IMG/VR virus record: IMGVR_UViG_2537562152_000014
Length of the DNA stretch: 5,803 nucleotides
Direction: 5' to 3' (one strand)
Origin: a virus
Taxonomy: Duplodnaviria; Heunggongvirae; Uroviricota; Caudoviricetes
Below, piece after piece: positions 4,800 through 5,803 of the stretch. The position numbers and the translations under genes are program-made. The stretch's first letter is position 1; the number at the start of each line of letters is the position of its first letter. The notes below the pieces were generated by a model that was not told the DNA's origin, ran no database searches, and was given only the letters and a program-made list of their open reading frames with translations.

Positions 4800-5665
4800 A
4801 CGAGTAAAATCGACCCTGTACACGATTCTGTGTAAATGCCTTTTCTCAGAAGTGACCGTCCAGGCGGTCACCGAACTCGATAATAAAGCGGCTCATTGCC
4901 ATACGCCAGTCCCGCAGTGGCATCGTCCATTTCTGTGAAGCCGCCTGGATTGCCAGCCACACGACCTTTTTCACTGAGTCATCCGTCGGGAACACCTTGC
5001 GTTTTTTGATGGCATGCCGGATTACGCTGTTCAGCGACTCGATGGCGTTGGTTGTGTAGATGACTTTGCGGATATCTGCCGGGTAAGCGAAGAACATCGC
5101 CAGGTTGGTCCAGTTTGCCTGCCAGCTCCGGCTTATCTGCGGGTAGCGACTGTCCCAGGCGCTGGCGAACGCTTCCAGCGCCTGCTGGCCTGCTTCTTCT
5201 GTGGGGGCCTGGTAGATGGCTTTCAGGTCGCGGGTGACGGCTTTGTAGTCCTTCCAGGAAACGAACCGCAGGCTGTTGCGCACCATATGCACGATGCACA
5301 GCTGGATGCGGGCTTCCGGATACACCGTGTTGATAGCGTCCGGGAAGCCTTTCAGCCCGTCGACACAGGCTATGAGAATATCGTTCAGGCCGCGGTTTTT
5401 TAGTTCAGTCAGCACATTGAGCCAGAACTTCGCTCCCTCGTTTTCGGCCAGCCACATACCCAGTAACTCTTTCTGGCCTTCGATATTGATACCCAGTGCG
5501 AGGAATACGGATTTATTGATTACGCGACTGTCCTGCCGAACCTTCAGGACAATACAGTCAAGATAAACAATGGGATAGACCGCATCCAGTGGCCGGTTTT
5601 GCCATTCGACTACCTGCTCCATAACGGCATCGGTGACCTTCGATACCAGCGCCGGTGAGACATCA
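4800..5665 (-). mobile_element. Remnant of an IS256-family insertion sequence (3' part only); boundaries approximate
   Basis: Transposase homology spans roughly 4846-5665. The IS end should lie in the 49-bp gap between the 405-aa gene stop (4796) and the transposase stop (4846). No terminal inverted-repeat partner can be identified within the window. Confidence 0.45.
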
Positions 5666-5748
5666 GGTAAGCGTACAGCCTGAACCGTCTGGTCAGAATC
5701 TGACGAATTAGACAAAGTGGTGCCCACCAAATAAGTAGTGGGAACCAA
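4846..5748 (-). CDS. IS256/mutator-family transposase, C-terminal DDE-domain portion; probably a 5'-truncated remnant
   Basis: The product contains IS256-family hallmarks: DVSPALVSKVTDAV, the first Asp in YPIVYLDCIVLKVRQD, the second Asp in ILIACVDGLKGFPDAI, and the Glu in TTNAIESLNSVIR, followed by the KKRKVFPTDDS tail. The track start at 5748 is a TTG and the frame stays open to the window end, but residues upstream of about 5665 do not resemble the family in any minus-strand frame. Confidence 0.75.
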   Translation of the reverse strand: MVPTTYLVGTTLSNSSDSDQTVQAVRLPDVSPALVSKVTDAVMEQVVEWQNRPLDAVYPIVYLDCIVLKVRQDSRVINKSVFLALGINIEGQKELLGMWLAENEGAKFWLNVLTELKNRGLNDILIACVDGLKGFPDAINTVYPEARIQLCIVHMVRNSLRFVSWKDYKAVTRDLKAIYQAPTEEAGQQALEAFASAWDSRYPQISRSWQANWTNLAMFFAYPADIRKVIYTTNAIESLNSVIRHAIKKRKVFPTDDSVKKVVWLAIQAASQKWTMPLRDWRMAMSRFIIEFGDRLDGHF

Positions 5749-5803
5749 AGTATCAGATATGCAGAAAAATGTGACTCCCGGCAGGCGAAAAGGCTGCCCT
5801 AAT

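Noticed and set aside
4979-5566. ORFs 4979..5299 (-), 5014..5403 (+) and 5276..5566 (+)
   Set aside because: Off-frame or antisense ORFs inside the GC-rich transposase gene; Arg/Pro-rich translations typical of GC-rich shadow frames.
1-5803. CRISPR arrays, tRNA or rRNA genes, att sites
   Set aside because: No regularly spaced repeats of 25-40 bp, no cloverleaf-like tRNA candidates and no rRNA-like sequence were seen; prophage ends are not in this window.

Overview
This window reads as the immunity and early-left region of a lambdoid, Qin/dicB-type enterobacterial prophage. Left to right: (i) a minus-strand early-right pair, a cro-like HTH gene (271..513) overlapping the start of a YdaT/CII-position gene that runs off the window start (1..287); (ii) a 91-bp divergent control region (514..604) with CAAAAC-type repeats; (iii) a plus-strand CI-type repressor (605..1243) with an N-terminal HTH and a C-terminal LexA-like S24 autopeptidase domain, apparently translated from a leaderless or SD-less start; (iv) a 290-bp intergenic region carrying a sigma70-like promoter overlapped by a palindrome of the same family as the one at the cI start; (v) an early-left operon with a ydfA-like DUF1391 gene (1536..1688), an unrecognised 212-aa gene (1700..2338) abutted tail-to-tail by a convergent 69-aa gene with a strong SD (2339..2548), a 337-bp GC-rich structured non-coding stretch, the DicF sRNA (2886..2938), dicB (3113..3301), a ydfD-like small membrane protein gene (3298..3486) and a 405-aa unknown gene (3579..4796); (vi) the 3' portion of an IS256/mutator-family transposase gene on the minus strand (4846..~5665), apparently 5'-truncated. 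The most interesting candidate for an undescribed function is the AT-rich cargo module 1700..2548 (the 212-aa protein plus its convergent 69-aa partner), which occupies the slot where, as I recall E. coli K-12 Qin, only the tiny ydfB and ydfC genes sit. All family assignments come from reading the translations and from recalled synteny; no database search was run.
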